64,000 nucleotides of DNA from Chiloscyllium plagiosum (taxonomy: Eukaryota), in assembly GCF_004010195.1 (NCBI RefSeq), contig NC_057720.1:3671497-3735496 (forward strand). Reading direction: 5' to 3'. How positions within the stretch are numbered: the stretch's first letter is position 1; every line of letters starts with the position of its first letter. Below the pieces are notes generated by a model, which was not told where the DNA came from, searched no databases, and saw nothing but the letters and a program-made list of their open reading frames with translations. Shown piece after piece: positions 41,100 to 53,397 of the stretch. The position numbers and the translations under genes are program-made.

Positions 41100-43714
41100 T
41101 TGAAATGGTAGCTTGCTGTCTCTCCATGGCTGCTGCCTGACCCGCTGTGATCTCCAGCATTTGTTGTTTCCAGAGTCTACAGAGGGTTGTGTGCACAGCC
41201 CAGACCATCACAGAAGCCAATCTTCCATCCATGGACTCCATTTACACAGCTCAATGCGGAAAGGCTGCCAACATCATCAAAGACCCCTCCAACCCCAGTA
41301 ATGCTCTCCTACAACCTCTTCTGTCAGGCACAAGATTCAGAAAGTTGAACACATGCACCAGCAGGTTCAGGAGCAGCTTCTTACCAGCCGTTATTAACCT
41401 GATGAACACACTCTAACTTCAAATAATGCTGAACTTGCCCAGTGCACACCTTGTGCGATGTTATCTGTATTTGCCTTTGTCGAAGTTTTTTTTGGTCACC
41501 CTACTATCTGCATGTCCTTGCTTCCTACAATCTGCTTGTACAGCTCGTAAACAAAGCTTTTCACTGTACTCCTGTACACATGACAATAAATCAATTAGAT
41601 AATTTAGTGTTTATTTTTGTTGGTGCAGTCTCAATCGACTGAAGGGCCTCTTCTGAACTCTATGATTCTGTGATACAGCAAGAGGCAGCAGATGCATGGG
41701 GACACCACCCCCTGCAAGTTTCCCTCCAAGCCACTCACCATCCTGACCTGAAATGTATCCCCATTCCCACACTGTCGTTGGGTCAAAATCCTGGAACTCA
41801 CTTAGTAACACTGGATGCACCGACAACAAATGGACCACAGATACACAGTGGCTCATCACTACCTTCGTAAGAGAAACTATAGATGGGCAACAACATGGTC
41901 ACAATGTCCACATTGTATAAAAGACTGGAGAAAACGCCTTGCCTATATGAAGCAAGATCTGGACAGTATCCTGCGATGGATTGATTAGTGACAAGTATGC
42001 CATTCAATGACTGAGAGGGACCATTTTCCTAAAACATTGATCTCCTAACATTCAATAACCAAAACCATCGGTGGCACCCCCANNNNNNNNNNNNNNNNNN
42101 NNNNNNNNNNNNNNNNNNNNNNNNNNNNNNNNNNNNNNNNNNNNNNNNNNNNNNNNNNNNNNNNNNNNNNNNNNNNNNNNNNNNNNNNNNNNNNNNNNNN
42201 NNNNNNNNNNNNNNNNNNNNNNNNNNNNNNNNNNNNNNNNNNNNNNNNNNNNNNNNNNNNNNNNNNNNNNNNNNNNNNNNNNNNNNNNNNNNNNNNNNNN
42301 NNNNNNNNNNNNNNNNNNNNNNNNNNNNNNNNNNNNNNNNNNNNNNNTCCCAACCCCGCCGTCAACCCCCCCACTGTCAACGCCCCCACCTTGGGAAGAC
42401 CATTCATTCAAAATGCAGCCACACAAACATCATGGTAAGTAGAGCAGGATAATCCGGGCCCATTCCTGACCCATGGAAGTCTCCACAAGAGCCCGGAGTA
42501 TTCTCTGCTTGTGGGGATGAATGCAGCTGTGTCCTGAATACTCAAAAGCTCAATATCAACCAAAACAAGATTGTTTCCTCCAGTAATAATGCACCACCTC
42601 TCCTCCATAAGTGTTACCATGGCTACATTGTATGCAGTCTGCAGGATATCGGATTTTTTTTAGATTGAAAAGGAGTGCAACGATTTGAGGAAAATGCTGG
42701 AGATTGGTGCTCAGTAATAGAATTGGTACAGGCACGATGGGCTGAATGGATTCCTCCTGGGCTGTAACCATTCCGTGGATTCATTGCACCAAGTCATCTT
42801 GTGTGTCACTGACCAACCTTACAACTTGCGTGAACAGAAGGAATTGGCAGATCTGTACCTGCATGAATATATTGTCCATCCTTTCCCTAATTGCTGTTGA
42901 GAAAGTGGTGGTGAGCTGCTGCAATGCTTTTGGGTAGCAAGTTCCAGGGCTTTAACTCTGAAATATTGAATGAGCGGTGATATGGTTGCAAGGCAGACTG
43001 ATGCATGACTTGGAGGGTAAACGCTTTCACCTCCCAAGGTGACACCATACCTCAACTCGGACATACAACCCCATTCCTGCAGGATTGCTGCTTCAATCCT
43101 TGGCAGAGCACTCTGTGGCAGCACCTTCAGTACATGGACAACAGCTATTCAAAAAGCTGCTGCACCAACTCCTTACCACCACAGGTACCAGCCTTGCTGG
43201 TGATACCCGCATCCTGAGAGCGATTATAGATAAACATATCGGAGCAGCTGATCTCCTGTGTGCTGAAAATGGAAGGGAGATGGGTTGAATCTTAATGTGC
43301 GTTGAAGATGTTAGGGTGAAGTGTGTCATTTTGTTTGAAGAGAAAGTAAGAAACTTCCGGGTTAATGTGCAGTAGGCTTACCTTCGCACAGCTAACTTTG
43401 GCATCTGTGGAAGGTTTCTCAATGCAAACGGCAAATACAAATATAAGACTGTAGCTGCACAGCTTGAGACGAATGAAGACAACCCATATACAATAAATGA
43501 AGCCTGATTGCTGAGATAACAGTGACATCGAAAGATTGCTACTAGCGGAGTCAGTGTTAGTAAAACTCACATCTCCTGTTTGTCAATTTGCAATGATGAG
43601 AGGAACACATTGAGCTGCCAGTGACTGTCAACTTTGAAGGTAAATGGAGCAGACTCAGGAATACACAAATGGACCCATATCAACAGCTGCTGAGGGAGCA
43701 GCAAGGTTCGAGAC

Positions 43715-43882
43715 CAAAAAAAACTGCAGATGCTGGAATCCAAAGGAGACAGGCAGGAGGCTGGGGGAACACAGCAAGCCAGGCAGCATCAGGAGGGACA
43801 GGCAGGAGGCTGGAGGAACACAGCAAGCCAGGCAGCATCGGGAGGTGGAGAAGCCGATGTTTTGGGTGTAATCCTTCTTACA
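43715..43882 (-). mobile_element. Penelope-related fragment with an internal tandem duplication of about 49 bp
   Basis: gacaggcaggaggctgg.ggaacacagcaagccaggcagcatc occurs twice; gcagatgctgg tail motif. Confidence 0.5.
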
Positions 43883-43959
43883 GCAAAGCAGAGAAAGCCA
43901 GTTAAATCGGGCTGATCACATCTAAGACACTGCAAACCTTTCTCCCCACTGTCCCTGAT

Positions 43960-45040
43960 GGTTTGATAAGGTTTCCCATGCTAGGCTATTGCACAAAATA
44001 TGGAGGCATGGAATTGAGGGTGATTTGGATCAGAAATTGGCAAACTGTAAGAAGACAGGGTAGTGGTTGAGGGGAAATGTTCATCCTGGAGTCCAGTTAC
44101 TAGTGGTGTACCACAAGGATCTGTTTTGGGGGTCACTGCTGTTTGTCATTTTTATAAGTGACCTGGATGAGGACGTGGAAGGATGGGATAGTTAGTTTGC
44201 AGATGATATTAATATCGGTGGATAGAACTGAAGGATGTTACAGGTTACAGAGGGACATAGATTAACTGCAGAGCTGGGCTGAGAGGTGGCAGATGGAAGT
44301 TGATGTGGAAAAATGTGAGGTGATTCACTTTGGAAGGAGTAACAGGAATGCAGAGTACTGGGCTAATAGTAAGATTCTTGGTAGTGTAGATGAGCAAAGA
44401 GACATCGGTGTCCATGTACATAGATCCCTGAAAGTTTCCACCCAGGTTGATAGGATTGTTAAGAAGCCATATGGTGTGTTTGCTTTTATTGGTAGGGGGA
44501 TTGAGTTTCGGAGCCATGAGGTCATGCTGCAGCTGTACAAAACTCTGGTGTGGCCGCACTTGAAGTACAGTTCTGGTCACCGCATTATAAGAAGAATGTG
44601 GAAGCTTTGGAAAGGGTTCAGAGGCAATTTACCAGGATGTTGCCTGGTGTGGAGGAAAGGTCTTATGAGGAGATGCTGAGGGACTTGACGCTGTTTTCAT
44701 TAGAGAGAAGATTGATAGGTGACTTAATTGAGATATATAAGATAATCAGAGGGTTAGATAGGGTGGATAGGGAGAGCTTTTTTCCTCGGATGGTGACGGC
44801 GAGCACGAGGGGACAGAGCTTTAAGTTGAGGGGTGATAGATATAGGACAGATGTCAGAGAGAGTTTCTTTACTCAGACATGGAACATTACTCAGACAAGG
44901 GCATGGAACACCCTGTCTGCAACAGTAGTAGACTCACCAACTTTAAGGGATAAACATAAGGATGAAAATGGAATAGTGTAGGATAGATGGGCTTCAGATT
45001 GGTTCCACAGGTCAGCACAATGTTCTATGATCTATGTTCT
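43960..45040 (+). mobile_element. CR1 RT/3' fragment
   Basis: ORFs 44293..44679 and 44550..44981. Confidence 0.85.
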
Positions 45041-45499
45041 GTTATCCTATTAGTATATAGTGAAAAAGCAACTTGTCACGAGAGCCATTCTCTGAGAGCT
45101 ACAAACATTGCCACTACTACAGAATAAAATTATTCACTGGCTAGGCCAGCATTTATTGCCCATCCCTAATTGACCAGAGGGAAGTTAACAATCAACCACA
45201 TTGCTGTGGGTCTGGAGTCACATGTAGGTCAGACCAGGTAAGGATGGCAGATTCCTTCCCTAAAGGACGTTAATGAACCAAGTGGGATTTTGGCAACATT
45301 TAACAAAGGTTTCATGGCTGCCACTCTTAATTCCAGATTTTTTTAACCTTCCATGGTGAGACTTGAACCTGGGTCCAAGAAGAGTCAAAACCATTCTGAG
45401 GACCCAAAACATTCACTCTGATTTCTCTTCACTGATGCTGCCAGACCTGCTGAGCTGTTCCACAATTTTTGCTTTTGTTTCTGAGTTACAGGATCTGCA

Positions 45500-45945
45500 T
45501 GCGAGTCATGTGATCTACAGCAGAGTTTTGTTCAGTTCCAGCATAATCTCCCTGTTTTTAAACTCTCTGCCTCAACTAAGAAAGGCAAGTACCCTCTATG
45601 TCTTTTTAATGACTTGTCCATCTGCCCTAATTCCTACAGGGACCGGTGGACGGATACCAAGGTCCCTCTAATCCTCAGTGTTTCCCAGGATCCCTTGCCT
45701 TGTTGGTCCTGCACAAGTGCATCATCTCACATTTATCTGCATTGCATTCCATTTGCTACTGACCATCCCATCTGACCAGGCCATATGAACACGCCGCCTG
45801 ACCAGGCCGTCTGACCATCTTATCTGTATCCTTCTGCAGTTTAAAGCTATCCTGTTCACGATTTACCACCTCACCAATTTTTGTATCATCTGGGAGCTTA
45901 CTGATCAACCCTCCCACGTTAAGGTTTAATTTGCTTCTATAAACC
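45500..45945 (-). mobile_element. Old CR1 fragment
   Basis: ORF 45756..45959 (GLISKLPDDTKIG). Confidence 0.65.
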
Positions 45946-46421
45946 ATAAACCATATCACTGCAAGGCCATTGCTTCCCTGACTGAATCAATAAACAACTG
46001 GTCTCAAGGTTAAAATCTAACTATTCCAAGGAATGGAGATTCTTTTTCCTAAAAAAAAGTAATTTATTCCAGTTTGTGCCAGAAAAGGTCTCTTTTTAAA
46101 CTCGTTGCCTCCACTTGTGTTTGACTTCTAAAAGTTTTTTTTTAGGTTATTAGGTAGCAAAATTTCTCTTTCACTGTAGAAACCCTTAGAATTTGGTTCC
46201 TTAATTTTGATCTTGTTAATCACTTGCAATTACAGTGTGATAACTGCATGCTAAAAGAAAATTCACAACTGACTTCAATAGGAGGAAAGGTAATTTCCCC
46301 CTCCTCACCTGGCCATAACGTTGCTCAGTTTCTGGGGTTTCTATTACCTCTGTAGCACGGGCCGCAAGTCCAGTGAGCCTTACTTTAAACCCTATTTCAT
46401 TAATGTATAATACAACAGCGA

Positions 46422-46548
46422 GGAGAAAGTGAGGTCTGCAGATGCTGGAGATCAAAGTTGAAACTTTATTGCTGGAACAGCACAGCAGGTCAGGCAGCAT
46501 CCAGGGAACAGGAGATTCGACGTTTCGGGCACAGGCCCTTCTTCAGGA
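46422..46548 (-). mobile_element. Penelope family A insert with tail and 15-bp TSD
   Basis: TSD ataatacaacagcga at 46407-21 and 46549-63. Confidence 0.82.
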
Positions 46549-46550
46549 AT
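46515..46550 (-). ncRNA. Minimal type I hammerhead ribozyme motif
   Basis: ATTC-CTGAAGA-A-GGGC(CTGT)GCCC-GAAACGTC^GAAT: stem I ATTC/GAAT, 4-bp stem II, palindromic ACGT helix III, GUC cleavage triplet. Activity untested. Confidence 0.72.
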
Positions 46551-47054
46551 AATACAACAGCGATCTTCCTCTCAGAGTAACACTGCTGAACTACGGGATT
46601 AAAATGATGAGAATGGCATCTATATCCACTACCTCCTTCAGTCTTACTCAGACAATCACTGTCAGTGTCTGTTAGGAACCATGAGCTGTAATAATTTTTA
46701 ATAGCTCTTTTAACAAACCACCCGCTGTGCAATTGATTTTGTACTTGATCCAACTGCAGATTGGCACGTCCGCACACCAAGTACGCAACCCAATTACTGC
46801 TGCAAAGTTGTCTTAACAAGCAAGAAGATGCATGATGTACCCTCAAAGGAATGCACAAATGTTTACCACCAGGAAGAGGGGTTACAAACACTGTAGTGTT
46901 CAGATATAGTCACTGTGACATAACACCACTGAGGACGTCCTACCAAACCTTCAATGTGTGCTTTCCAAGCCCAAGTAAATCCTCTTCCCAATGTCACAAT
47001 TCTAAATTATTATTGGTCCCCTCCTAGCTGTCTTACTCTGAGTCGTGTGTTTGG

Positions 47055-47436
47055 CGAGAAGAAATAGGAACAGGAGTAGGCCATTCTGCCTTTCAAGCCT
47101 GCTCTGCCATTCAATAGGATCTTGGCTGATCCAACATTCCTCACATCCACTTTCCTGCCCTTTCCCAGAACCCTTGATACCTCTATTATCTCTGTCAGCC
47201 TTAAATATACACAAGGGCTCTGCCCCCACAGCTCTCTGTGGCAAGATGTTCCAAAGATTCATAACCCTCTGAGGGAAGAAATTCCTCCTCATCTCCGTCT
47301 GAAATTCGTGCCCCTTTACTCTGAGACTATATCCTCTGGTCCTAGACTCTCCCATGACGGGAAATATCCTCTCAGCATTGACTCTCTCAAACCCTTTAAG
47401 AATCTGCTATGTTTCAATGAGGCCACCTCTCATTCT
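47055..47436 (-). mobile_element. CR1 3' end
   Basis: ORF 47002..47355 (ESRTRGYSLRVKG...RRNFFPQRVMNLWN). Confidence 0.82.
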
Positions 47437-47438
47437 TT

Positions 47439-47759
47439 GGGGTGGCACAGTGGCTCAATGGTTAGCACTGCTGCCTCACAGCACCAGGGTCCCAGGTTCA
47501 ATTCCAGCCTCGGGCAACTGTCTGTGTGGAGTTTGCACGTTCTCCCCGTGTCTGCGTGGGTTTCTTCTGGGTGCTCCGGTTTACTCCCACAATCTAAAGA
47601 TGTGCAGGCCAGGTGAACTGGCCGTGCTAAATTGCCCATAGTGTTAGGCACATTAGTCAGAGGGAAATGGGTCTGGGTGAGTTACTCTTTGGATGGTTGG
47701 TGTGGACTGGTTGGGCCGAAGGGCCTGTTCCATACTGTAGGGAATCTAATCTAATCTAA
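47439..47759 (+). mobile_element. HE1/V-SINE, full length
   Basis: A/B boxes, V-domain and TCTAA tail. Confidence 0.86.
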
Positions 47760-47836
47760 ATTCCAGTGAGTGGAGCCCCAACCTGTTGGAGGCTTTCTCC
47801 AGGACTTGAGCATGTAATCCAGGCTGGCGCTCGAAA

Positions 47837-48061
47837 CTGAAAAATGTGTTGCTGGAAAAGTGCAGCAGGTCAGGCAGCATCCAAGGAGCAGGAGAATCAA
47901 CATTTCAGGCATAAGCCCTTCTTCAGAAATGATTCCTGAAGAAGGGCTTATGCCCGAAACATCGATTCTCCTGCTCCTTGGATGCTGCCTGACCTGCTGC
48001 GCTTTTCCAGCAACACATTTTTCAGCTCTGATCTCCAGCATCTGCAGTCCTCACTTTCTCC
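47837..48061. mobile_element. Penelope family A hairpin element with two opposed hammerhead cores
   Basis: Inverted arms around 47930. CTGAAGA at 47936. Flanks ctggcgctcgaaactga / ctgacactcgaaactga. Confidence 0.82.
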
Positions 48062-48681
48062 CTGACACTCGAAACTGACTGCCTGTTGTAGTGTCAGAAA
48101 GGTACTGACTGGTGAATGAGTCCGTGAAGCAAGTCTACATCATGACTGCTCACATGGACATGAACGATCTCTGATACTGTTCAGAGAAGGAACAGTGGAA
48201 CTCCATCAGTGTCTGACTCTCACTTACCCCTCCACAAATAGAGTGACTGATCCTTCACACTTTCAGGATCTTGTGTACATTTCCCAATAACACAATGAAA
48301 TTCAACTTGAGAAATGTTTGATTTGTGTTATTCTCAGGTTGACATTACAATGTTATCTCAGCGCCTGAAGGTGGGACGTAGTATCACGACCAGCAATCGT
48401 GAAGTGAGAAAGTTAACATTTCGTCCTCTGACCCTTCATAAAGGTTCTGAAACATCAGCTCGGTTTCCCTCTCCCAAAATGCCACGTGACTTGGCTATAT
48501 TTTGTGTTCTTTAATTATTCTCTCCCTTTTGGTTAGGGACATCCTGAAGACATGGATGAGCCTAAAATGCAGATTCTTTCTTTGTTAAGACAGCACTGGA
48601 AGAGCAGAACCGTATCGCAGAAGAAAAGGAGTTAACTCCATAAAATGCAGATGCAGACGTAGGCCATTCGATCCATTATGA

Positions 48682-49456
48682 AGAGAGTGAGGACTGCAGA
48701 TGCTGGAGGGCCAGAGTTGAAAAGTGTGGTGCTGGAAAAGCACAGCAGGTCAGGCAGCATCCGAGGAGCAGGAGAATCAATGTTTCAGGCATATGCCTTT
48801 CATCAGAATGTGGATGGGGGAAGGGGGCTGAGAGATAAATAGGGGGGTGAGGTTGGGGTTGAGATGGCTGGGAAGGCGATAGGTAGATGCAGGTTGGGGG
48901 GAGTGATGGTGATAGGTTGGAGGATAATGGCTTTGTTTGTGCCCTGTGGATGACAACTTCAACTCCCCCTCCCACTCTGCCAAGGGCATGCAAGTCCTGG
49001 GTCTCCTCCACTGCCAAATCCTAGCCACCCAACGCCTGGAGGAAGAATGCCTCATCTTCCACCTTGGGACGCTCCAACCACACAGCATCAATATCGACTT
49101 CACCAGTTTCTTCATCTCCCCTCCCTGCATCTCAATCCAGATCAAACCCTCCAAATTTGTTACCACCCTCTTGAACTGTCCTATCTGTCAATCTTTCTTT
49201 CCACCTATGCACAACATCCTCCGCTATGACGTATCACCATCACCCCCCACCTGTATCTACCCATTGCCCTCCCAGCTACCTTGCCCCCAACCCCACCCCC
49301 CGATGTATCTCTCAGCCCCCTTCCCCCCTCCACATTCTGATGAAAGGCGTATGCCTGAAACATCAACTCTCCTGCTCCTCAAATGCTGCCTGATCGGCTG
49401 AGCTTTTCCAGCACCACACATTTCGACTCTGACTCTCCAGCATCTGCAGTCCTCAC
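48682..49456 (+). mobile_element. Truncated Penelope-like element: GIY-YIG endonuclease C-terminus between inverted pLTRs
   Basis: ORF 48937..49401 reads PVDDNFNSPSHS..MQVLGLLHCQ..TQRLEEECLIFHLGTLQPHSINIDF, like the PLE endonuclease end. Inverted arms at 48682-48925 and 49210-49456. CTGATGAaaggcgtatgcctGAAAC at 49337. Confidence 0.8.
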
Positions 49457-50350
49457 ACTATCGAAGATATACCTGATCAGGTCCTGGGGCTTTATCCACT
49501 TTTATGTGTTTCAAGACACCTAGCACTTCCTCCTTTGTAATATGGACATTTTTCAAGATGTCACCAGCTATTTGTGGGCGGCACGGTGGCACAGTGGTTA
49601 GCACTGCTGCCTCACAGCGCCAGAGACCCGGGTTCAATTCCCGCCTCAGGCGACTGACTGTGTGGAGTTTGCACATTCTCCCCGTGTCTGCGTGGGTTTC
49701 CTCCGCGTGCTCCGGTTTCCTCCCACAAGTCATAAAGATGTGCAGGTCAGGTGAATTGGCCATGCTAAATTGCCCGTAGTGTTAGGTAAGGGGTAAATGT
49801 AGGGATATGGGTGGGTTGCGCTTTAGCGGGGCGGTGTGGACTTGTTGGGCCGAAGGGCCTGTTTCCACACTGTAATGTAATCTAATCTAATCTAATTTCC
49901 CTGCATTCTATATCTTCCATGTCCTTTTCCATAGTAAACACTGATACAAAATACTCGTTTAATATCTCCCCCATCTCCTGCGGCTCTACACAAAGGCCGC
50001 CTTGCTGATCTTTGAGAGGCCCTATTCTCTCCCTAGTTACCCTTTTGTCCTTAATGTATTTGTAAAAACCCTTTGGATTCTCCTTAACTCTATTTGCCAA
50101 AGATATCTCATGTCCCCTTTTTGCCCTCCTGATTTCCCTCTTAAGTATACTCCTACAGCCTTTATACTCTTCTAAGGAGTCACTCGAGCTATCTTGTCTA
50201 TACCTGACATATGCCTCCTTTTTCTTAACCAAATCCTCAATTCCTTTAATCATCCAGTATTCCCTACACCTACCAGCCTTCCCTTTCACCCTGACAGGAA
50301 TATACTGTCTCTGGACTCTTGTTATCTCATTTCTGAAGGCTTCCCATTCT
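49457..50350 (-). mobile_element. CR1 ORF2 fragment interrupted by a SINE
   Basis: ORF 49882..50385 (KENPKGFYKYIK..RERIGPLKD) and VDKAPGPDQVY. Confidence 0.85.
49575..49894 (+). mobile_element. HE1/V-SINE, full length, young
   Basis: A/B boxes, V-domain and (TCTAA)n tail. Near-identical to 4167-4478. Confidence 0.88.
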
Positions 50351-52106
50351 CTCTTCACTTGGAACCTGGTCCTAACAGAGTACAAAGGAACTCCGATAGC
50401 CTCCCTCCTTTCATCGCTTGTTCCTGTTTTGATTCATATGCATGCAAAAACAATTCTACTGAATCTAATTTGGTCTCATTGCACTGACTGAGGATGTAAT
50501 AGGTGGCAAAAATAAGTGGATCCTGATCACCTTGTGGCTGCTGATCTTCACCTGGCACAACAGAAAACAAAGCATTGCCTTGCTGATCAACACTGTGCCC
50601 GCACCGAGAATTCTCCCTTCACCGTTTAGATGATATCAATCTCCAGGTTTGCTCTCCCAAACAACAGGACAATAATCATTGTGTGAACTGAATGTTTGGG
50701 GAAATTTATTTGCACCTACCCTGTCTCTATAGCCCATGTAAAACAAACGTTCCACATCTGTTTCAATAGTGAGCTCCAAGCAGATGGCCTTGCATCTTCC
50801 ATTTGTCATTAACTCCATTACAAAGTGAATCTGCAGCTGCAGCTATTAAACAAAAAGCAGAAACAATTCACTTGACAATGCTGTTAATGCTGGGCAAATG
50901 TTACTTACTTTTATGATTAACAGAAGTACTACAGATTGCAGACAATTTAAACAGATTTAGTTTTTTTCTAGAAAGGGAGTTAAACAGCTGGTTGAATCAG
51001 TGATTGTGAACGAGTGACTGAGGACAGATTGTCAGCAAGTTTTTGCAGTTTTACAGCTCCTTTCTCATGTAGGTAAAAGTCTCAAGGTGTTCGACAAAGG
51101 ACGAAAGCAGTGGCTGCTAAGGGGGGGCAGGGGAAGGTTTAATTGAGAGGACATGTTCGGAGTAGGCCTTTCAAAACGGGGAGAACTGTTTCAGCCCGAG
51201 CTAAGATGAGGGGGCACGGAGGCAGTCAGGTATGGGGTTCCTCACTGCCAGCTGGACACTGGGTTCCCTTACTCCACCCTCTACCCCAGGCCATTTCCCT
51301 GGAGGTCAAATGGTGTGAATTGCCATTCAGATTCATACTCACTTCTTGCCAGATACACGTTCTCCTGTTCACCTACCCTATCAAATGATTATATTTGTCC
51401 TGGTTCTGACTTGGAGACTGCACCCAGCATCCTTGTATTGTTTCAGTTTCATTGTATCCCCCGATTTCCCCCCCCCCCCCCCACTAATTTTGATTCACTT
51501 ACCTTTTAGCCTTATTAGAATGCACCTATCCTGTATCTGAAAATGTCCTCATCCCATCACCCCGTGTAAAGATCACCCTTTGTCCTTTCCGAGTTTATCT
51601 TGTCAGTTTTGTTAGTGTCACCTCCCCCTGGCTGGAGCCCCATTATCCTCATGTTAACTTGTTCCTTGTACTTCCCCATTACTGGGATACGATGACTGCG
51701 GTTACAGTGTGCTCTCCCTCAGACACGTGTCCCATGTGACCCACCAGCTGAACCCGTTTCAGATTTCCAGTATTCACAGTTTTTTGTTTATAAAGCTGCT
51801 ACCTTGCTTTGATGTCTATTGTTAATCGAAAACTAAAGCATTGACTAACTCAGCAGGTCACACAGCATCTAAGAAGAGAAGATTCAGATCTGTGGCATCT
51901 CATTATGAAGTTCTTTTGGGGTCTGTGCAAATCCTCTGCCTCCAATATAACTTCCAATCTGTATCCTGTCCCTTCAGAAAGGCCTTTAGCTTCCACCTCT
52001 GCAGTGCACCCATTCTCCAAATGAGACGATTCCTGTTCATCCTTCAACTCAAAACCTCTGCCCCCAAACCCCATATTCCACTTCCAGCCTTGTCTCCGAA
52101 AACGAC

Positions 52107-52405
52107 GGATAGCACAGTGGTACAGTGATTAGCACTGCTGCCTCACAGCGTCAGGTTCAATTCCTGCCTCAGGCGACTGACTGTGTGGAGTTTGCACATT
52201 CTCCCCGTGTCTGCGTGGGTTTCCTCCGGGTGCTCCGGTTTCCTCCCACAGTCCAAAGATGTGCAGGTCAGGTGAATTGGCCAAGCTAAATTGTCCGTAG
52301 TGTTAGATGAAGGGGTAAATGTAGGGGAATGAGTCTGGGTGGGTTGCGCTTCAGCAGGTCGGTGTGGACTTGTTGGGCCGAAGGGCCTGTTTCCACACTG
52401 TAAGT
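52107..52405 (+). mobile_element. HE1/V-SINE
   Basis: Head, V-domain and tail. Confidence 0.85.
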
Positions 52406-52600
52406 TTGAGAGTCGTGGAAACCAATTCCAGAGCTTAGAGTAAACCAGATGAGTGAGTGACCTCAAATGATGGAGCAAGTGAAACCAGGACAGTCAGGTC
52501 TAGCAAGGCCTGATGATGGTCAGTCTGGAGCTGGTTAGTATTTGTTTACTGGGATGGGTCAAGGTCAGACTGCCAGCTTTCCAGCTGATCAATGGAGCTA

Positions 52601-52844
52601 GAGGAGAAAGTGAGGTCTGCAGATGCTGGAGATCAGAGCTGAAAACGTGTTGCTGGAATAGCGCAGCAGGTCAGGCAGCATCCAGGGAACAAGAGAATCG
52701 ACGTTTCGGGCATAGCCCTTCTTCCTGAAGAAGGGCTTATGCCCGAAATGTCGATTCTCCTGTTCCCGGGATGCTGCCTGACCTGCTGCGCTGATCAATG
52801 AAACGTCGATTCTCCTGTTCCCTGGATGCTGCCTGACCTGCTGC
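52601..52844. mobile_element. Penelope family A compound hairpin insert with 17-bp TSD
   Basis: TSD gctgatcaatggagcta at 52584-600 and 52845-61. CTGAAGA at 52725. Confidence 0.8.
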
Positions 52845-52944
52845 GCTGATCAATGGAGCTAATTGGCCAAAGTGGCTCAGTGGTTAGCACTGCACCAGGG
52901 ACCCAGGTTCAATTCCAGCCTCGGGTGACTGTCCATGTAACTGT

Positions 52945-53397
52945 TGTTGAGGGAATGCTGCACTGTCTGATGGTCAGTACTGAGGGAGTGCGGCACTGTT
53001 AATGGGTCAGTATTGAGAGAGTGCTGCACTGTCTGAGGGTCAGTACTGAGGGACTGCAGCACTATCGGATGGTCAGTGCTGAGGGAGTGCCGCACTGTTG
53101 GAGAGTCAATACTGAGGGAGTGCTGCACTGTCTGAGTGTCAGTACTGAGGGAGTGCTACAGTGTCTGATGGTCAGTACTGAGGGAGTGCCACACTGTTGG
53201 AGGAACAGTACTGAGGGAGTGCTGCACTGTCAGAGTGTCAGTACTGAGGGAGTGCTGCAGTGTCTGATGGTCAGTACTGAGGGAGTGCCACACTGTTGGA
53301 GGGTCAGTACTGAGGAGGTGCTGCACAGTCTGTGTGGTCAGTACTGAGGGAGTGCCACACTGTTGGAGGGTCAGTACTGAGGGAGTGCCGCACTGTC
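52945..53397 (+). repeat. 33-bp minisatellite, about 13.7 copies
   Basis: Unit approximately gtcagtactgagggagtgctgcactgtcggagg. Period 33 (cagtac at 52975, 53008, 53041). Confidence 0.9.

Larger units (their letters stand above)
38640..41600 (+). mobile_element. Rex1/Babar-type LINE, degenerate, with nested Penelope inserts
   Basis: [41 protein letters not shown], and ending cttttcactgtac...acatgacaataaatcaat. Homologous to 19390-20650. Confidence 0.82.

Noticed and set aside
47122..47616. 164-aa ORF and similar ORFs containing WSLHVLPVSAWVSSG or CGRKPEHPEETH
   Set aside because: Translations of V-SINE/CR1 sequence that recur throughout the window.
52945..53397. 33-bp repeats as a CRISPR array, or the ORFs 53021..53347 and 53156..53416 as a repeat protein
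   Set aside because: The units are head-to-tail with no unique spacers, in a eukaryotic context. The ORFs arise from the 33-bp period.
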